Positions 61,206 to 64,000 of a stretch of 64,000 nt of DNA are shown here, one piece after another. Position numbers and translations under genes: made by a program. Under the pieces are notes generated by a model. The model was not told the DNA's origin. It saw only the letters and a list, made by a program, of their open reading frames with translations, and searched no databases. The DNA is from an uncultured Acidimicrobiia bacterium (GTDB lineage: Bacteria > Actinomycetota > Acidimicrobiia > Spongiisociales > JAENVV01): positions 259,993 to 323,992 of the forward strand of contig CAVVWO010000002.1 in the NCBI GenBank assembly GCA_963752075.1, given 5' to 3'. The stretch's first letter is position 1, and every line of letters starts with the position of its first letter.

Positions 61206-62348
61206 ATGGCCGACGACCTGCTGCAGTACCGCTCTCGTTTCCCCATCCTCGATTCGACGACCTACCTCGTGAACCATTCGCTGGGCGCGATGTGTGAAGC
61301 GTCGTCGGAGGAGCTGGCCCGATACGCCATGCAGTGGGCCACTCGCGGCGTGCGGGCATGGGCTGAGGGATGGTGGGAGACCCCCGTCACCGTCGGCGAC
61401 GAACTCGCCCCCCTCGTGGGTGCTCCACCGGGATCGATCGCCATGGTCCAGAATGTGGCGGTCGCCCAGGAAGTCATCGCCTCGTGTCTGACGCTGCACG
61501 AGCCCCGGAATCGTGTCGTGTTCTCCGAGCTCAACTTCCCGTCGGTGATGTACCTCTGGCACAAGGTTCCCGGCGCCCACGTGACCACCGTTCGGAGCTG
61601 GGATGGAATCGGTGTGCCAACCGAGACCTTCTTGGCGGCCATCGACGAGCGGACCGCAGTCGTTCCTCTGAGCCATGTCTTGTTTCGGAGCGCCTTCCTC
61701 CAAGACGTCGAGCAGATCATCGCCCGCGCACATGAGATGGGCGCCTACGTGGTCCTCGATTGCTACCAATCAGCCGGAGCACTCCCGTTTTCTTTGGAGG
61801 AACTCGACGTGGATTTCGCCGTGGGCGGATCGGTGAAGTGGTTGTGTGGCGGTCCCGGCGCCGGGTGGCTCTATGTCCGTCCGGATCTCCAGGCGGTATT
61901 CGAGCCTCGGTTCGTCGGTTGGCAAGCGGACCGTGAACCCTTCGAGTTCGTGCCAGGCGAGATCAGGTACGCCGACGGGATCTGGCGATTCCTGTCCGGA
62001 ACACCCAATGTCCCGGCGCTCTACGCGGCAGCGGCGGGCTACCGGGTGGTGAAGGAGGCCGGTGTGGCAGCGATCCGAGAACGATCCCTCGAGATGACCG
62101 ACCGGCTCATCGATTTCGCTGACGAATATGAGATCCCGATCGCGTCGGAACGCCATCGGCTACGACGCGGGGGAACGGTGACCTTCGGTGTCGCCGATGA
62201 GGCAGCGGTGGCGGGGGACCTGGCAAGGCAGGACATCATCGTGGACAGCCGCCCCAACGCCGGGATTCGGGTCGGACCCCATTTCTACAACTCGGACGAC
62301 GATCTCGGAACTTTCGAGAAGGCACTCCTGGAGATCCTCGGCCGATGA
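61206..62348 (+). CDS. class V aminotransferase-fold PLP enzyme (kynureninase-like)
   Basis: 380 aa from ATG 61206 (MADDLLQYRSRFPILDSTTYLVNHSLGAM...). The PLP-lysine region is DFAVGGSVKWLCGGPGAGWLYV. The track start at 60990 lies inside kgd on the other strand. Confidence 0.6.
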   Translation: MADDLLQYRSRFPILDSTTYLVNHSLGAMCEASSEELARYAMQWATRGVRAWAEGWWETPVTVGDELAPLVGAPPGSIAMVQNVAVAQEVIASCLTLHEPRNRVVFSELNFPSVMYLWHKVPGAHVTTVRSWDGIGVPTETFLAAIDERTAVVPLSHVLFRSAFLQDVEQIIARAHEMGAYVVLDCYQSAGALPFSLEELDVDFAVGGSVKWLCGGPGAGWLYVRPDLQAVFEPRFVGWQADREPFEFVPGEIRYADGIWRFLSGTPNVPALYAAAAGYRVVKEAGVAAIRERSLEMTDRLIDFADEYEIPIASERHRLRRGGTVTFGVADEAAVAGDLARQDIIVDSRPNAGIRVGPHFYNSDDDLGTFEKALLEILGR

Positions 62349-62415
62349 GCGATCGACAACCCAGCGGACCTTGGCGGAACGGCGGGAGCCTGCAGCGTTG
62401 GAGACGAATGACGCC

Positions 62416-63231
62416 CTAGCCGGGCTTGGTGGCTCGGATCGAAAACATGGCCGGACACAGATCGGGATTCGGAAACGCCCAACGTCCGCCACCGATGTCG
62501 ACCATCGTGGGGTGGGCTTGCCACTCGCAGAAGCGATGCTCCTCGAACGTCTCGATGACCAGACCGACGCCCAGGAGTGCGGTCATGATCTCGGCGAGGC
62601 CATGGTTCCACTCGTAGTTGCGGGTGTTGGCGATCTTGCCGTTCCCTGAGTACGTCTCATCGGAATCCCACACTGCGGGCTCTTCGGTTTCGAAGTAGGG
62701 GAGGATGACGGTGAGTTCCGGTCGGTCCCAGTCCAGCGTCGCAAGCATCGGATGGCCATCCCGAATGTAGAACGTGCCACCCGGAAGGAGGAAGCGTTCG
62801 ACCACCGTGGCCCATCGCCCGATGTCGGGGAGCCAATTGATGGCGCCCGTCGATGTGTAGACGATGTCGAATTGCTCTTCGAGAGCCTCGGGAGCTGCAT
62901 AGACGTCGGTGAGTACGAAACGGGCGTCGAGCCCCGACAGCGCGGCAAGTCGCTGGGCCGCCGCGATCGACGCCTCAGAGAAATCCAGCCCGGTCACGTT
63001 GGCTCCCAGCCGAGCCCACGAGAGCGTGTCGGTCCCGATGTGACATTGCAGATGGAGTAACGATCTGCCGGTCACATCCCCCAAACGGGGCTGATCGGTG
63101 AGGACGACACCGCTGATCCGGGCCGAGTCAGCGGCAAAACCTTCGGGATCGTACGCGTCGGGCGCCCAGTGGGCACGCGCCCGATCGTTCCAGTTGGCGC
63201 GGTTGGCATCGAAATAGTCGTCGAGGGGCAT
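62416..63231 (-). CDS. class I SAM-dependent methyltransferase
   Basis: 271 aa from ATG 63231 (MPLDDYFDANRANWNDRA...), with LLHLQCHIGTDTLSWARLGANVTGLDFSEASI as SAM motif I/II. The track start at 63474 adds an Arg-rich, non-protein-like 81 aa. Confidence 0.7.
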   Translation of the reverse strand: MPLDDYFDANRANWNDRARAHWAPDAYDPEGFAADSARISGVVLTDQPRLGDVTGRSLLHLQCHIGTDTLSWARLGANVTGLDFSEASIAAAQRLAALSGLDARFVLTDVYAAPEALEEQFDIVYTSTGAINWLPDIGRWATVVERFLLPGGTFYIRDGHPMLATLDWDRPELTVILPYFETEEPAVWDSDETYSGNGKIANTRNYEWNHGLAEIMTALLGVGLVIETFEEHRFCEWQAHPTMVDIGGGRWAFPNPDLCPAMFSIRATKPG

Positions 63232-63233
63232 GA

Positions 63234-64000
63234 TCAAACCACCGGGATGCCGTCGCCGGCTTCGACCGCCGCCCCGAGGGGAACGAGCAGCTCGAGCATC
63301 CGCTCGGTACCTGCCTCGCCGAGGGCGCGGATCGGCGCCATGGCCAACTCGTCGGTGAGAGCTTCCATCTGGTGCCGAGCCTGGGCTCCCTCGTCGGTGA
63401 GCGTGCCAGCCGGTGTGAGCCATCCACGGTCGACGAGTCGGGCCGCTCCCTCCTCCCAGTCTTCTGGCCGCCATCCGCGCAGCTTCTGGAGCTGCGCCAT
63501 GGGCATCTTGGACCAGCCATCCGATGTGATGAGGGCGTCCATCGGGCCAAATTCGTTGGCCACGAGGGCAATCACATGCCCGTCACCACGATGCTCGCGC
63601 AGGAGCGTCAGCTGATGCCACAGCGCCACGAGTGGTTCGTCCGGGATCGGCAACGCGGCATGACCGCCGAACAGCGGCCGGCCGGCGACTTCGAGTTCGG
63701 CCGTGGCGCGGGAGGCGAGCTCGGTCAGTTCGGCGGTTGCCGACTCGAGACCTCGACCCTCTGTCAAGCGTTCGAGACCGCTCCGGACGCCGGCATGACG
63801 GGCCTCCAGAACCACTGCAGGTGCGGCGGTTGCCCACGCGTCCCGCATCGCTCGTTTCACCAGGCCCGGACTGAAGTTATAGAACGTCGCCGCCACCACC
63901 GAGTGAGGCACGGCCCCCATGGGGGCGGAACGGCTGGCGAAGTAGTGCGAGATCGGTTCCAGGCCGAGTGCGTCGTACGCCTGCCGGCTTTCGGGGACGA
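63234..64000 (-). CDS. hypothetical helical protein (resembles actinobacterial SCO6745/SalK-like proteins); N-terminus beyond window end
   Basis: The frame stays open upstream of the listed Met through to position 64000 (...ESRQAYDALGLEPISHYFASRSAPMGAVPHSVVAATFYNFSPGLV...). The family assignment is from memory only. Confidence 0.4.
   Translation of the reverse strand, partial: VPESRQAYDALGLEPISHYFASRSAPMGAVPHSVVAATFYNFSPGLVKRAMRDAWATAAPAVVLEARHAGVRSGLERLTEGRGLESATAELTELASRATAELEVAGRPLFGGHAALPIPDEPLVALWHQLTLLREHRGDGHVIALVANEFGPMDALITSDGWSKMPMAQLQKLRGWRPEDWEEGAARLVDRGWLTPAGTLTDEGAQARHQMEALTDELAMAPIRALGEAGTERMLELLVPLGAAVEAGDGIPVV

Overview
GC-rich, gene-dense chromosomal segment that looks actinobacterial. 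The order tmk-holB / topA / membrane class III cyclase / DEAH helicase with C-terminal Cys4 domain / Tad-like pilus genes / HAD-IB hydrolase matches the conserved actinobacterial 'helicase-secretion neighbourhood'. I can support about 60 protein genes, one tRNA-Thr(CGU), three to four intrinsic-terminator-like hairpins and a few candidate regulatory sites. I see no rRNA, CRISPR array, transposase, integrase or phage genes, so this is core chromosome rather than an island. Many long ORFs in the track are antisense shadows of real genes, as expected at this GC content. Main observations follow. (1) A peroxiredoxin-like gene (52017..52688) has an in-frame TGA exactly where the catalytic Cys of the W-C-P-x-C motif should be. 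A SECIS-like hairpin with a GGUC loop follows it, making this a candidate selenoprotein that ORF callers truncate. (2) Reading-frame breaks cluster densely in a few highly conserved genes (topA, leuCD, kgd/sucA, MMPL, N-terminus of the helicase) while long neighbours are intact. This looks more like regional consensus error than decay. (3) A 304-nt non-coding gap (47701..48004) contains a ~20-bp and an 11-bp hairpin and is a candidate structured RNA of unknown class. (4) A 58-aa Flp/DUF4244-type pilin gene inside the Tad locus is missing from the ORF track. (5) A perfect TGTGA-N6-TCACA (CRP-type) palindrome lies upstream of an unknown membrane protein. (6) There are tandem PLDc_N mini-proteins and a tandem YbjQ module. 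All calls come from reading the sequence and translations by eye. No database search, covariance model or folding program was run.
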